Positions 24,511 to 37,023 of a stretch of DNA of 64,000 nucleotides are shown here, in pieces. Origin of the DNA: Azolla caroliniana (Eukaryota > Plantae > Polypodiophyta); contig JBHGNT010000015.1 in NCBI GenBank assembly GCA_043228905.1, forward strand, positions 8,432,001 to 8,496,000. Reading direction: 5' to 3'. Position numbers and translations under genes: made by a program. Within the stretch, counting starts at the first letter, position 1, and each line of letters starts with the position of its first letter. Below the pieces are notes generated by a model. It was not told the origin of the DNA and did not search any database. It worked only from the letters and a program-made list of their open reading frames with translations.

Positions 24511-25601
24511 TGTCGTGAAGATTTTCGGCGATAGTGTGAAACTTGTGAGGAACATACGACATCGAGTGGTTCTTCTCACGAAATATAAAATAATAATAGT
24601 GAAGATACTATTTTAAATAAGTTTAATATCTTGGTACAAAAAGATGGAGGTCTTGAAGAGCTTTTGAATGCACTTTGCTACATAACAAACGGTCAACTAA
24701 GTGTCAAGTTTCGAAAAAAGAAAAGAAAAGAAAAGAAAAACAAACCTGTGAGATGTCCCACATAGATAGGACAAACAAGGATCCTACAATATATAAAGCA
24801 AAGCCAAAAGCTATTATTTTGTGCTTATGTGTGGAGCATAGAGAGTTCAAGGTGACTTGAACTAAGTTAATCAAATGAATGGGTGTGCCCTAGCTACTTG
24901 CAATGGTTTTGGCCAACCAAAACCGAACCGGCGGCAACTGGCGATAGAGGCGATGGCCGGCGATTGGCCGGTGACAGAACCGGCTAGGGATGCGGACCAA
25001 ACGGGTACAAATCGGACGGATTGGTTGATCGCGATGCATGGTGTCTTAAAGATATTTTGTGTAATTACAAGACCAAAAGCCTAATAATATTTTGTGCTTT
25101 AAAAATTGATGTATGCAAGACTTCAACATTGCACCTCCAAGTTGAGAGTCTATAGGCTTACCATTAAGCCAAATCATTTCTTTAGGGATATATTTTTTAT
25201 CACTATACTTTTACATGTAATTCTCATACATGAGAGCTTAGATGATGACATGGCAAGCATGCATTTCATGCATTCCGTGCATGTCTTGCACCCTCACATG
25301 CACCATATGCATGGGGGCATCTATAAAAGAGTGGAGGAATCAAGCAAGGGGGGGGGACTAATGTAAAATAAAAATTGGAATATAAATTTTGGGGAAAATA
25401 TTAAGAAAACTCGTTATCCTATTGATATATCTTGTCTCTCAAATCTAAAGTCAAGCGTTCAATGTTTATTTTAATCTCTCTCTCTTTCAACCTATCTTAA
25501 ATACTTTCTCACTAAAGCTAGTGCAAACTTCGAATCCTTCTGGTCCAAGCCCCCGGTGGTTTCGCCTCACAATTCGCACCTAGTGACAGATCTTCATGAC
25601 A
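24511..25601 (+). repeat. 5' LTR of the Trp-primed Gypsy
   Basis: Direct repeat of 40856-41746, which lacks an internal segment. TATA-like CTATAAAA near 25321. Confidence 0.92.
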
Positions 25602-25609
25602 TAATTAAG

Positions 25610-25627
25610 TGGTGAACCCGACGTGAA
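25610..25627 (+). promoter_or_regulatory. Primer-binding site complementary to the tRNA-Trp 3' end
   Basis: TGGTGAACCCGACGTGAA is the reverse complement of the plant tRNA-Trp 3' end (...TCACGTCGGGTTCACCA). Confidence 0.85.
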
Positions 25628-27070
25628 AGAGGCGGCAGGAAGGATCAAGTCGAGGATCAACCGATACTTGGAGATGGCGTCCTCAAGCAATCAAGTGGGA
25701 GAGTTCGAAAGGATGATGATAATCGTTGAACAAATTATGAGATCTCGAGACAATGATGCAAGCCTGGAGAAGGCCGTCGACCGTGTCATAGAGCTCGAGG
25801 GTCAATTTGACGGAAGGAACATTACGAAGTTCCTTGACGCATACAAAAGGGAGATGAATCAGAGGGATGTGTTTGAAGCACGTCAAATCACAAGTTTCAA
25901 GAGAGTGGTCGCCAACAACACCCAAAGGCGCGTCATCAAGCTTCAAGAAGGGAAGACAACATGGTCAGAATTAGAGAAAGCGATATTAGCAGAGTTCGCG
26001 ATGGAAGATTTGTCGAGGATGACTCGACATACCTTGATGAAGTGGATAGAGAAGAAAAATAAGAAGATGAGCACCTTGAGGGTGTACGACGAATTCGACC
26101 AAATGTTTTGTCGTCTCCCCGCCACAGATCAAGTGATGCTTGAGGAGGGCAAAATTTTGTACTTCCTGAAAGCTGTGGACATGAAGGATAGAAGAGAATT
26201 GGGGACTCTTCTTGAAGATGATACCCAAGCGAATGGGCTTGTGGTGGACTGGGTTGTGGTGAAGCGAGCATGCAATAGGCTCGACAAGCATCGTGAGTGG
26301 GTTGATGACACCGACTTGGTGGGATCGACTGTTGCGGAGAAAACAAGACAACCAAAAGTAGTCGAGCCGCCCAAACAAAGTAGCCCGGAAGAAAAGAAGA
26401 TTGACGACGACATCATCGAAGAACTAGCAAAGAAGTTCGAGACGGTCACACTAGCCAACATGAATCGTCAAGGGCCCAAAGGAAAAGAACCCTTTAGATG
26501 TGTGTGGTGCGATAGCATGGACCACATGAGAAAAAATTGTTCAAGCCTTCGAGACATCATTTGACAAAATATCGTGTACATGGATGGCAACATGATCTGC
26601 TCGAGTGAGACTAGGAGACCCCTGTCAATGAATTTCGGAAGAGGGGGAATGAAGAAAGCTATGGAGGATGCGGAGGCGACTCATGTGGATGCGATGCACT
26701 ATGCTGTGTTGGCCGGAATAAGAGTCAGGAAAGACAAAAATGAAGCTGCGAAAGTGGGAGCCAAGTTTTGGTCTTTCATTCTCGAGTATGAGAAGATGGG
26801 GAAGGTAACATCGAACAAGGTAGAGCTTGCGGACCGAAGCGTGCAAAGCATAAACGGGTGGTTGGATCCGGTGGATGACAACCACGAGGTGTTCGTCGAA
26901 GAAAAGAGTAAAAGAATAGAAGAGCAAGGCCCATCAAAAAGACATGAAAAAAGGAACACGAAAAAGAAAGAAGATGCAGAAACGAGTCGACCTTTACAAA
27001 TGGAGGAAGGAGACGCTAGCCGAAAAGCGGAGTCGAACAAACGAGTCAAAGAAATGGTTCGGCCCGTGAA
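25623..27070 (+). pseudogene. gag: Gypsy gag (CxxC...H...C knuckle CVWCDSMDHMRKNC), with an in-frame stop at 26562; continues at 32528
   Basis: ORFs 25623-26564 and 26574-27101 lie directly after the PBS. Confidence 0.8.
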
Positions 27071-27075
27071 GATTG

Positions 27076-27708
27076 TATTAGAAATATTGAGAATCAAGTA
27101 GATAGGTATATAGAGTTACAACTGCAGAGATGGATATATGAAAACAGAATTTCTATTACATATGAGAGTAGTTCAAAATGGTAGTTTTCCCATGCGCTCA
27201 CACCTTAGAGCTTAGATAGGATATGGACCGGCTCACTACAAAATTAGTGGGGACTAATGATCAATCTGACCACTGTGTGAGAAAAGTGACTTATAATCTA
27301 TGTTTGGTCTTAGTATAAATGTGCAAGTCAGTTGACAGTAGTGGAGATATTCCTTTTCTGTCAACTGACTTGTCATTTAATATGACCCAACTCCCTAGGT
27401 ACAGGCTAGTGCTAGATAATACTTATCTTGAAGTCAATGACGCATACTTCAAGACTAAGTACATCGTAACTTGCCCACAAAATATTCTAGCTGACTTGAT
27501 TAGCCAATCCTTTTATCTATTTCTCTCTTTCCTAAATATATTGTGTCCTACGCATCTACGGTTTCCTAGATTAACACCTTATCGACCCATATGGTCGAGT
27601 TGCACACTAGCCGCTCCTCATTTGGGGCGCTATCACAAAATGTGCACTCTAAGAGCACATATGGGGATAGATTTACAACTTGGGGCTGATCATTGATTAT
27701 ATCTAACA
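27076..27708 (-). repeat. 3' LTR of the young Copia
   Basis: 633 bp, only a few differences seen against 31891-32522. Confidence 0.97.
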
Positions 27709-30700
27709 CGCCCCCTCAATGATCAACCCATTGAGTTCACTTGGAATTGGGCTAACACCTAGTCGTCGAAGGTGTTGTTGCAACTGTTCTGCTCCAAGCG
27801 CCTTTGTGAAGATATCTGCAGCATTTTCTGATGTTGGACAGTACTCAAGCTCCACAATCTCATCATTTATTAGCTCCCGCACATAGTGATACTGAATCTC
27901 TATGTGTTTAGTACGTGCATGAAATACGGGGTTCTTGGCAATGGCCATGCAACTCTGATTGTCACACCTCAATACCGTTGCCGTCCTTATTGGGACTGCC
28001 ACATCCATAAGGATTCTTCTTAGCCAAACTACCTCGCATGCCGCTATGCATGCTGCTTTGTATTCTGCCTCCGTTGAAGATAGTGCCACTGTTGGTTGTT
28101 TTTTACTACTCCATGAAACATCTCCAGATCCTATTGAAAAACAATATCCAGAAACTGATTTTCTGGAATCACTATCTCCAGCCCAATCGGAGTCGCAATA
28201 TCCACTAAGTTGGTCAATTGTTGGCTTGTAGAAGATTCCATAATTTAAAGTACCCACAATGTACTTTAATACACGTAGAGCAGCTTTCCAATGAGTCTCC
28301 TTCGGCTTGTTGCTGAATCGACTCACCACATTGACTGCAAAACAAATATCCGGCCTAGTGTTGCATAGGAAAATTAGACTTCCTACTAGTTGTCTATACT
28401 TCCATATGTCAACCATTGGTGATGAGTCTTCTTGGGATAGCTTGCAGTTTGACTCCATTGGAGTCGACTTCGACTTGCTGTCCATCATCCCGAAGGTCTT
28501 CAAGATCTCTGTTGCATACTTTCTTTGTGACATGAAGATGCCGACCGAGGTTTGCCAAACCTCAATTCCAAGGAAGTAGTGTAGAATCCCCAAGTCTGTC
28601 ATTTCAAACTCAGTTTTCAAACACTCTTGTGTTTGGCCAATGCACTCTTCATGGTCACCAGTAAGTACTAGATCATCCACGTAAATGATAATGATGACTT
28701 GTTTCCCGTCCTTCATTTTGACATACATACTTGCATCCGAAGCACATTGCTTAAAGTCGATTGATCGCAAGAAGCTGTCTATCCTCTTGTTCCAAGCTCT
28801 TGGTGCTTGCTTTAGACCATATAGTGCCTTCTTCAGCTTGCAAACTTTGTTTTCTGAATTCGGTATCTCAAACCCCGGTGGTTGTGTCACATATACCTCC
28901 TCCTTGAGATGCCCATTCAGAAATGCTGATTTGACATCCATTTGATAAATCGGCCATCCTCTTGAAGCAGCCAACGCTATGACCATTCGAATTGTTGTCA
29001 TGCGAGCTGTCGGGGCAAATGTTTCTTGTACATCGAACCCTTCAATTTGGGAGTATCCTTGCGCTACTAGCCTGGCCTTGAATTTCTCCAAAGAGCCATC
29101 AGCTTTATACTTTACTTTCCATACCCACTTCGTGCCTATCACCTTCTTCTTTGTTGGCCTCTCTACCAACTCCCATGTGTCATTTTTCATGATGCTATCA
29201 TATTCTGATATCATCGCCTCTTTCCACTTCGGGTCGGCCATAGCTTCCTCCACCGAGGTCGGCTCACTCACTGAGCCTATGATGTCCACCATCAGAGCCA
29301 TGTTGACAATGTGGTCAGAGGTTCTTCCTTGCTCCTGTATTCTTCTTGATCTTCGTAATCCATCAGTTGAAGTTTCAGGAAACTCAACTTTAGGAGTATG
29401 ATCATTGAAGAGTTGTTGAGCCCACTTAGGTATTTTCTTTACATGTGGGACTGGCATAGGCTGAACTAGTGAACCATTACCATCAGATGGTTCAGCTTCC
29501 TTTTTTGGATAATGGGTCGGGATTGGGTAAAATACTTCTTCAGTTGATGAGATAACTTGAGAATCGTTGTTCTCAGCTAGCTGTGGTTGTTCCTCATCGA
29601 ACACCACATCGCGGCTTGTCAATATCTTTCTTGCCTCTAGATCGTAGAGTCGATAGGCCTTTGACTCTTCACTATATCCGAGAAAGATACACTTTTTGCT
29701 TTTAGCATCCAACTTCTTTCTGCTCACATCTGGAATATGTGCGTAGCACATACACCCAAAGGTTCTGAAGTGCAGCACTGAAGGTTTCTTGCCTGAATAA
29801 GCTTCTTGGGGTGTTTTCCCTTGAAGTGCCTTCGTGTAGCTCCGATTGAGGATGTAAACTGTTGTGTTCACTGCTTCAGCCCAGAATGGGTCGGGCAGCG
29901 CTTGTGCCTTCAACATACACCTAGCCATCTCGACAACTGTTCGATTTCGACGTTCGACAACGCCATTTTGTTGTGGGGTGTAGGTAGTTGTAAGTTGGCG
30001 CTTAATTCCATGCTCTTTGCAATACTCACAGAATTCTATTGATAAGAATTCTCCACCTCGATCAGAGCGTAGCTCCTTCACTAACTTTCTAGACTCTCGC
30101 TCGACAAACTTATGCCATCTTTTGAAGATTTTAAAAGCTTCAGCCTTCTCCCGAAGGAAGTAAACCCACATCTTTCTGCTGAAGTCGTCGACTATTAGCA
30201 TATAGTAGAGAGATCCACCCATTGCAGGAGTCACCATTTTTCCAGAGAGGTCAATGTGTATTAGCTATAGAGGAGTCTTTGCCCGATTTTGACTCTCTTT
30301 TGGAATGGCTGATCTTTGATGCTTGCCCATCATACAAGCATCACAAACATGACTTAAGTCAGATAGGGTTGGCAACCCAACTACCATATTCGACTTCTTC
30401 ATCTCCTTCAACACAGCAACGTTGAGATGCCCAAACCTCTCATGCCATTGCTTTGTGTTGGTACTTGTGCTGTGGTCAGTAGAAATGGTAAACGCGCTCA
30501 GCTCATAGAGATTGTTGCGCCTCACCCCTATTCCTACAACCTTGCCAGCAGAATCTGTTATTTCTGCACCTGACTTCTTGAATCGAACATCAAGACCCTT
30601 GTCAGTCAGTGCAGAAATGGACAGTAGATTCTTCTTCAGATCTGGCACGTACAACACTTGAGAGAGATGCTTTGTCCCACCGGTCGTTGCTTTGAGGGAG

Positions 30701-31797
30701 ACGGTTCCGGTTCCTTTGGCCGGACATCGAGCATTGTTCCCGACCACAACATTGATGGGCTCTTGTAGAGGTGTCCAAGAACTGTACCAGTCACGATTAC
30801 TGGTCATATGTCGGGATGCTCCACTATCGAGAATCCAAGACTCATCAACAACTTGAGTGTCAACTGAAGAACACACTTCTTCAGTTGCGACCCATAACTC
30901 AAGTTCATCTACGACATTGTTAGCGGACTCGGGCTCTCTCCAAGAAGTCTTATTAGAACCATTCTTCTCATCCGCCATCTTCTTTCGACAATCCTTGATT
31001 GTGTGACCCTTCTTGTCACAGTAGAAACACGATCCATTGAACTTCTTCTTCTTCGGTATCCTATTCGCATTGTTTGAATTGGATGCCCCTTCACCCTTAG
31101 TCCTAGAGACAAATGCTGAATCTTCCCTTTCTTCTCTTGTCTTCAGCTGAAGCTCCTCTTCAAGCAGCATTGCACTTAGTTCATCAAATTTTAAAGGAGT
31201 GGGTCGAACCTGAGTGTTCAATGCTGTCACAATGCCATCATACTTGAAAGGAAGTACTCGAATGCACCGACGAGCCATATCCTCTTGAGAGACGACTACT
31301 CCAACAGCCGCCAGCTGATCTTGAAGATCCTTAATCCTTTTTACAAAGGATTCTACTTTCTCTCCATCAACAAGCTTCTCTGCAGCAAGCTGATTTTCGA
31401 GGTTTTGTATCCTTGTATAGTTTCTGGTCTCATACTGGCAGGCCAATATGCTCCAAGCTTCATGTGCCCTAGTTGTATGTTGCACTAGTGTTAGTACGGA
31501 GTCACATACACCAGTGACTATGGTACATAGCGCATCAGCATTCCTTCTCTTCTAGGCTCGAAGTAGATCAGCATTTGGAGGAATTGATGTGGTAGGGTGT
31601 GCAGGGTCAAAGGTTGCCATGGGCTCAGGGTCTCCCCCTGTGGGTCCCATGATTGTTTCCAACAACTCGTAGGAATCCAAAATGGCAGACATTTTGAACT
31701 TCCATAGAGTGTAGTTGGTTCCATCTAGCTTTCCATCAGACAATGGAGGTGGGCGAATGCGCAATGGAGCAGCTGCAACATTCGTGGACAAGGCCAT
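27703..31797 (-). CDS. gag-pol: Copia gag-pol polyprotein: one 1365-codon frame with two internal TAG stops (31552, 30265)
   Basis: ORFs 31552-31797, 30265-31485 and 27703-30237 share a frame. [35 protein letters not shown] and RTKHIE motifs. Confidence 0.95.
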
Positions 31798-31890
31798 TGA
31801 TACTCTGTCTCTCTCTCTATTTCTCTCTGTTGCTAGACAGCAACTACCCGTATATACCTAATCTAGATCAACCTCTTCGCTCTGATACCA

Positions 31891-32522
31891 TATCGAAATA
31901 TTGAGAATCGAGTAGATAGGTATATAGAGTTACAACTGCAGAGATGGATATATGAAAACAGAATTTCTATTACATATGAGAGTAGTTCAAAATGGTAGTT
32001 TTCCCATGCGCTCACACCTTAGAGCTTAGATAGGATATGGACCGGCTCACTACAAAATTAGTGGGGACTACTGATCAATCTGACCACTGTGTGAGAAAAG
32101 TGACTTATAATCTATGTTTGGTCTTAGTATAAATGTGCAAGTCAGTTGACAGTAGTGGAGATATTCCTTTTCTGTCAACTGACTTGTCATTTAATATGAC
32201 CCAACTCCCTAGGTACAGGCTAGTGCTAGATAATACTTATCTTGAAGTCAATGACGCATACTTCAAGACTAAGTACATCGTAACTTGCCCACAAAATATT
32301 CTAGCTGACTTGATTAGCCAATCCTTTTATCTATTTCTCTCTTTCCTAAATATATTGTGTCCTACGCATCTACGGTTTCCTAGATTAACACCTTATCGAC
32401 CCATATGGTCGAGTTGCACACTAGCCGCTCCTCATTTGGGGCGCTATCACAAAATGTGCACTCTAAGAGCACATATGGGGATAGATTTACAACTTGGGGC
32501 TGATCATTGATTATATCTAACA
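31891..32522 (-). repeat. 5' LTR of the young Copia
   Basis: 632 bp, adjacent to the PBS. Confidence 0.97.
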
Positions 32523-32527
32523 GATTG

Positions 32528-34696
32528 GTCTTGAAGACCCTGCTCGAAAGAAAAGGACTATGCCTACCTATAAGCTAAGGTCGGACATAGAGCAGACTGC
32601 AGACCTGAAGAAGATTCTCAAGGAACACGTTCTTGATACCCATGTGACTTTATCCTTGAGGGAATTACTCGGCATTACAACAAAGGAGTTCCATGACACG
32701 ATCGTGGACCTTGTAAAAAGAAAGAGGCAACAATCGGATGAAGAAGAAGAGAAGCCACAAAAAGCAAAGATAAATGCTATAACGATGGCAAGGGACGAAG
32801 TCAATGTGGACAACCACTACTATACTCGACCTCATTGGGCACGAGCGACAATGGAGACGCCGGTGAAGATTGGGGAGAAGAAAGACCGTGGTAGCCTTGA
32901 TCAACCATGGCTCAGAGATCAACCTCATGTTAACCGAGTTCTACAAAAAAAGGAAGATGGCCAATTAATACAAACCACAGATGGAAGATTCGAGCGGCAA
33001 CAAAGTCTACAGAGGACTTGTACAGAGCTTGTCCCAATGTTAAAGTCACGATCGGGTATGTGGAGATGGATCAACACTTCTTCGTGCAAGAATCGGCGTC
33101 GCATCCTGTCATCCTAGGACAACCGTATATCACATCATCCCGGTTGGAGACAAAGGTGTTCGATAATGGAGCATCCTTTGCGCGAATCAAGAGTCTTGAC
33201 AATCAAAGGTCTGTTCAATTCCTAACGGTGCGAGCTAATCATGAAAGAAATCGAGATAGTCTTGGAGGCGAAACCCCGGATTTTTAGAGCGGACTATTGA
33301 AGCATGGGGCATAAATAGTCCGAGCGATCACAAGTCCCAACAAGGGCGTAGAGCACGTGGATTGTGAGGAGAAGCAACATGTGTCACACCTAGTGGCGCA
33401 TGTAAACTAGTACTACCCGACAAGAAGGACAAGCGTCAGATACAAGACTTCGAGAAGATGCTGAAAGAAGAAAACATAATAGAAAAAGAAGAGTTCGTGA
33501 CTCATATTATGGAAGAAGCCTCATTTAACGACACCATCGGCGAAATCGAGGATGTCGTGGACTTGAGCTACACGATCATCGCGTGATTTTGGTTAGCTCC
33601 ATCAACATGTATGCAATCATCGAAACATCACGATGAAGGAAGTTGAAATCAACACAAAATATAAAACGGTGGATAGGAAAATCAAGCCAGTTGCGGTTCC
33701 ACTACCGAAAGGTAGCTGGCAAAAGATGAAGGAAGTCGCTAACGATCCAAGCTTAAGAGATCCGAAGACAATCGGTCATGTCTTCACCAAAGAGACGAAG
33801 GGGAAGCTACGAGTTCGAAGGGAGGATTTCCTTCTCCCTGAAGAGGAGCGAATGTTTCGCGACATGCTTGAGAGACATGGGAAGGCTTTCACATTTTTCC
33901 CACGAGAAATCGGATGTGCTGATCCAAGGATGATAGAGCCAATGGTAATCTTCATGGTGTCGCATGTGCCTTGGAATTTGAAACCAATTCCAGTTCCGAG
34001 AGCACAGCTACCAAAGCTGATCGAGCTCTTAAAGGAGAAGGTGAATATGGGAATTTTGGAACCATCAAATGCTCCTTACTCTAATAGGTGGTTCACGGTG
34101 CCGAAGAAGAATGGATCATTGCGATTCATCCAAGATCTTCAACCCGTCAACAAGGTGACAATTCGAAATGTTGGAATCGGTCCGAGTGTGGACGAAATTG
34201 CTGAGGCGTTTGCAGGCCGGTCCATCTACTCCATTGGTGATCTCTACTCCGGATATGACCAATTCCAGTTGGCAATCGACAATCGTGACATTACGACCAT
34301 GAGGAATCCGATCGGGCTCGTGCAGATGTGTACCTTACCTCAAGGTGCAACGAACTCGGTGGCTCATATGGTGAATGCCATGAACAAGGTCTTGAAGCAT
34401 TGCATCTCGGACATCATGATTCCATTCTTGGATGATATTCCGATAAAAGGATGTTCGGATGAGGAGAAAGATGAATCAAAAGATAAGGAAGGGTGTAGAA
34501 AGTTTATCGCGGATCATATGAAAGATTACGAGAAGGCGCTTCAAAGGCTTGAAGATGCGAATTGGACATTTTCGGGAGAAAAATCCGCATTCGGGCAACC
34601 GGAGATCTTGGTGGTAGGTCACTTGTGTGGAGCATACGGCTGGAAGCCTTCACCATCCAAGGTGAACGTGATCCAGGACATGAAAGAAGAATGCAT
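32528..34696 (+). pseudogene. pol: Gypsy gag end, protease and RT (resumes after the Copia insertion)
   Basis: ALINHGSEINL protease-like motif near 32890. VPKKNGSLRFIQDLQPVN, LPQGATNS and PFLDD in ORF 33633-34787. Confidence 0.88.
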
Positions 34697-34852
34697 TGTC
34701 GCGAAGATTCGCGTGTGCGTGTGCTACTCGAGCGACCACCGGGGTCTTGGACTGGGGAGGACGTTCGCGGAATTATCGAAGAGATGACGATCAATGTAAG
34801 ATTGGATGAAATTTGTTTACTTGAGAAGAAGAAAGATTGTACACTTGAGAAG

Positions 34853-35583
34853 TGACAGGAACTACACACTCCCTATGTGCAACGCTCGGCCACAACCAAG
34901 CTTAGAATCATACACAGAAAAACGGGAATGAATGCACGACACAGTGAAGAGAAGAGTACACAAGATGTTTACGTGGAAAACCCAAATACGGGAAAAAAAC
35001 CACGGCAGCCCACAAACTGCAAACTATCACTATGTCAGAATGTACAAAAATGGTAAAGCACCGAAGCAACGACCTCGAGCTTTCTATCTTCGCCACAGGC
35101 GGCGGTTACAACAGAGGCAACGACCTCTTCCTCTCTCTCACTCTCTCTGTACACAGTTGCGCGCACAAATCTTGCGCCAACAAGAATAACAACATTACTC
35201 AAAAGTTTTCCCTAAGTCATATTTATACTAATATGACTTTTTGGCTATTTACAAATATAGCCACGATGGACTCTCAGAAACATATTTACGAATATGTCTC
35301 TTCATCCGGTGAGCACTCCTCACCGGGCCTGCATTATCCGGCGCTTGCCGAGTACTCGTCATCCGGTTCTCAACGGGTTTGCACCATCCGGCTCTCCGTA
35401 GCTGGGTACTCGTCATCCAGTTCTCACCGGGTCTTCCGTAGCTGGGTATTCGTCATCCGGCGCTTGCCGGGTACACCACATCCGGTTCTCACCGGGTCTT
35501 CCGTAGCCGGGTACTCCACATCCGAGTTTGATCATCAGTACTGTTCTTCTCACTTCCCATCTGGAGGGACCTGTTTCCTAACA
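34853..35583 (-). mobile_element. Solo LTR inserted in the 3' LTR of the gag-only element
   Basis: TGACAGGAA...TTCCTAACA termini, perfect TSD AGAAG, absent from the partner LTR. Internal ~40-bp subrepeats at 35300-35525. Confidence 0.9.
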
Positions 35584-37023
35584 AGAAGTAGAAAAATATG
35601 AAGAAGATAAAGACGAATATAATTATATTGATGTTAGTGGTGTTGGTGATATCACATGTTGAGCCCCCCTTTACACAAGCTCCACTAGGGTTTTTATAGC
35701 TCTCTTCATCCACAAAACCATGGGTTTAGAACCATGGTTTTGGGGTCACGGTTTTGCTTATGCCATGCACAATCCATGGGTTTAGAACCATGGTTTTGTG
35801 CACATGGTTTTCTATAGTTGTTTCGTTTATAATTCGTATATGAAAAGGAAATACATAAAATTTACACTATATGATAGTTGTCCTAGTGGTAAGGCAAACA
35901 TCTTGTATCTTACAGGTGCAAGGTTCAAACCTTGCTTGCACCCCTCTGTATGAAGTCAAGTGCCACTAGGCCTTAGGCTTATTTGCTAAGTGCATGTGCA
36001 ATGTTGCACATCCTTAGTTTATTCGTCTCACTCGGTTTCACACCGTAGCCGAAAATCATCACGACATCCACCACCACCAAACCCGCACATCCTCCGGTAT
36101 GTGCCGAGAAAGGTGAAGAGGTGAGATCTTTGGCAACGGTGATCAACCGAGTTCCTCCGGACGCTTGTCGACCTCATCTAACTTCGTCTTCCACTTCGAG
36201 TATACCCAATCTTTCCAACTGAACCTCCGTAGCCACCCAATCCACCACATCCGGCACTCACACCTTCTTCCCCGGTCGGTTGTGGTAGATCTACCAAACG
36301 ATGTCATCAATCCGACCGCTCTTCCTTCGTTCACCGCGCTTGTCCTTCGATTGGACTCCTGGCCATTCCTCGCGCTCATCGTTTTCAACTGGGTGTTGTG
36401 GGTGTAGTAGATCTACCGAACGATGTCGTCGATCTGACTGCTCTTCCTTCGTCCACCGCACGTGTCCTTAGATTGGACTCCGGGCCACTCCTCGCACTCA
36501 CCGTCTTCAACTGGGTATCGTGTCAATCTCCGATTAGGCCGGGTTTGCCCTTGTTCGGATCGGTCTCCACCAATCACTTCTTGGCTCGGTTGGCCTTCGT
36601 CATGGCTACCTCCTCAATCACGTCGGACTCAAACACTTTATCTCCCTCGATCATGCAAGCTTTTCTCATGCTTGCACCTTCATCACCTGATGTTTCGTAC
36701 AAAATGCATGTTCTGAAACATTTATCCTCCCTCGAAGTGGCGTTCATTGTCTCCTCCTTGGCCGTCGTTTCTTCGTAAGACAAAAAGGTGACTTGTTTCA
36801 CACCTTCTCTCTCGGTACCGTCATACCGAACCTGAGCCTTTGTATCGGCCACTTCATTAAACCACATTTGTTGGGAGGTCTCTTCTTCCTCGATCACCAT
36901 TCACCTTGGTTTTGTCTCCCTTTTAAGCTTCATTTCTTTTGTTGGTGGCGCGTTGCTGCATCTTGTCCCTCTTTGATTGTCCCTCATGGGCCGTCTTGTT
37001 GTTGTCGATATTCTCGCCCGTCC

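Larger units (their letters stand above)
27076..32522 (-). mobile_element. Young, nearly intact Ty1/Copia element (second family), 5.45 kb
   Basis: Near-identical LTRs 27076-27708 and 31891-32522. Perfect TSD GATTG. PBS TGGTATCAGAGC at 31879-31890. PPT ATTGAGGGGGCG. Confidence 0.97.

Noticed and set aside
25106-25366. His/Met-rich small protein (also 41257-41511)
   Set aside because: It is a by-product of CATG-rich LTR sequence.
27319-27696. Identical 125-aa ORFs at 27319 and 32133 as a duplicated gene
   Set aside because: Both lie antisense within the two near-identical LTRs, so the identity only reflects LTR youth.
30265-30267. Programmed stop-codon readthrough in the young Copia
   Set aside because: The stops fall inside gag and at the integrase core start, at positions normally Trp or Gln, so point mutation is the simpler explanation.
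27959-30425. Antisense ORFs over pol regions (here and throughout)
   Set aside because: They are shadow frames of retroelement coding sequence with no independent motifs.
34562-34787. Novel C-terminus on the Gypsy RT ORF
   Set aside because: Beyond 34696 the ORF simply reads into the inserted LTR.
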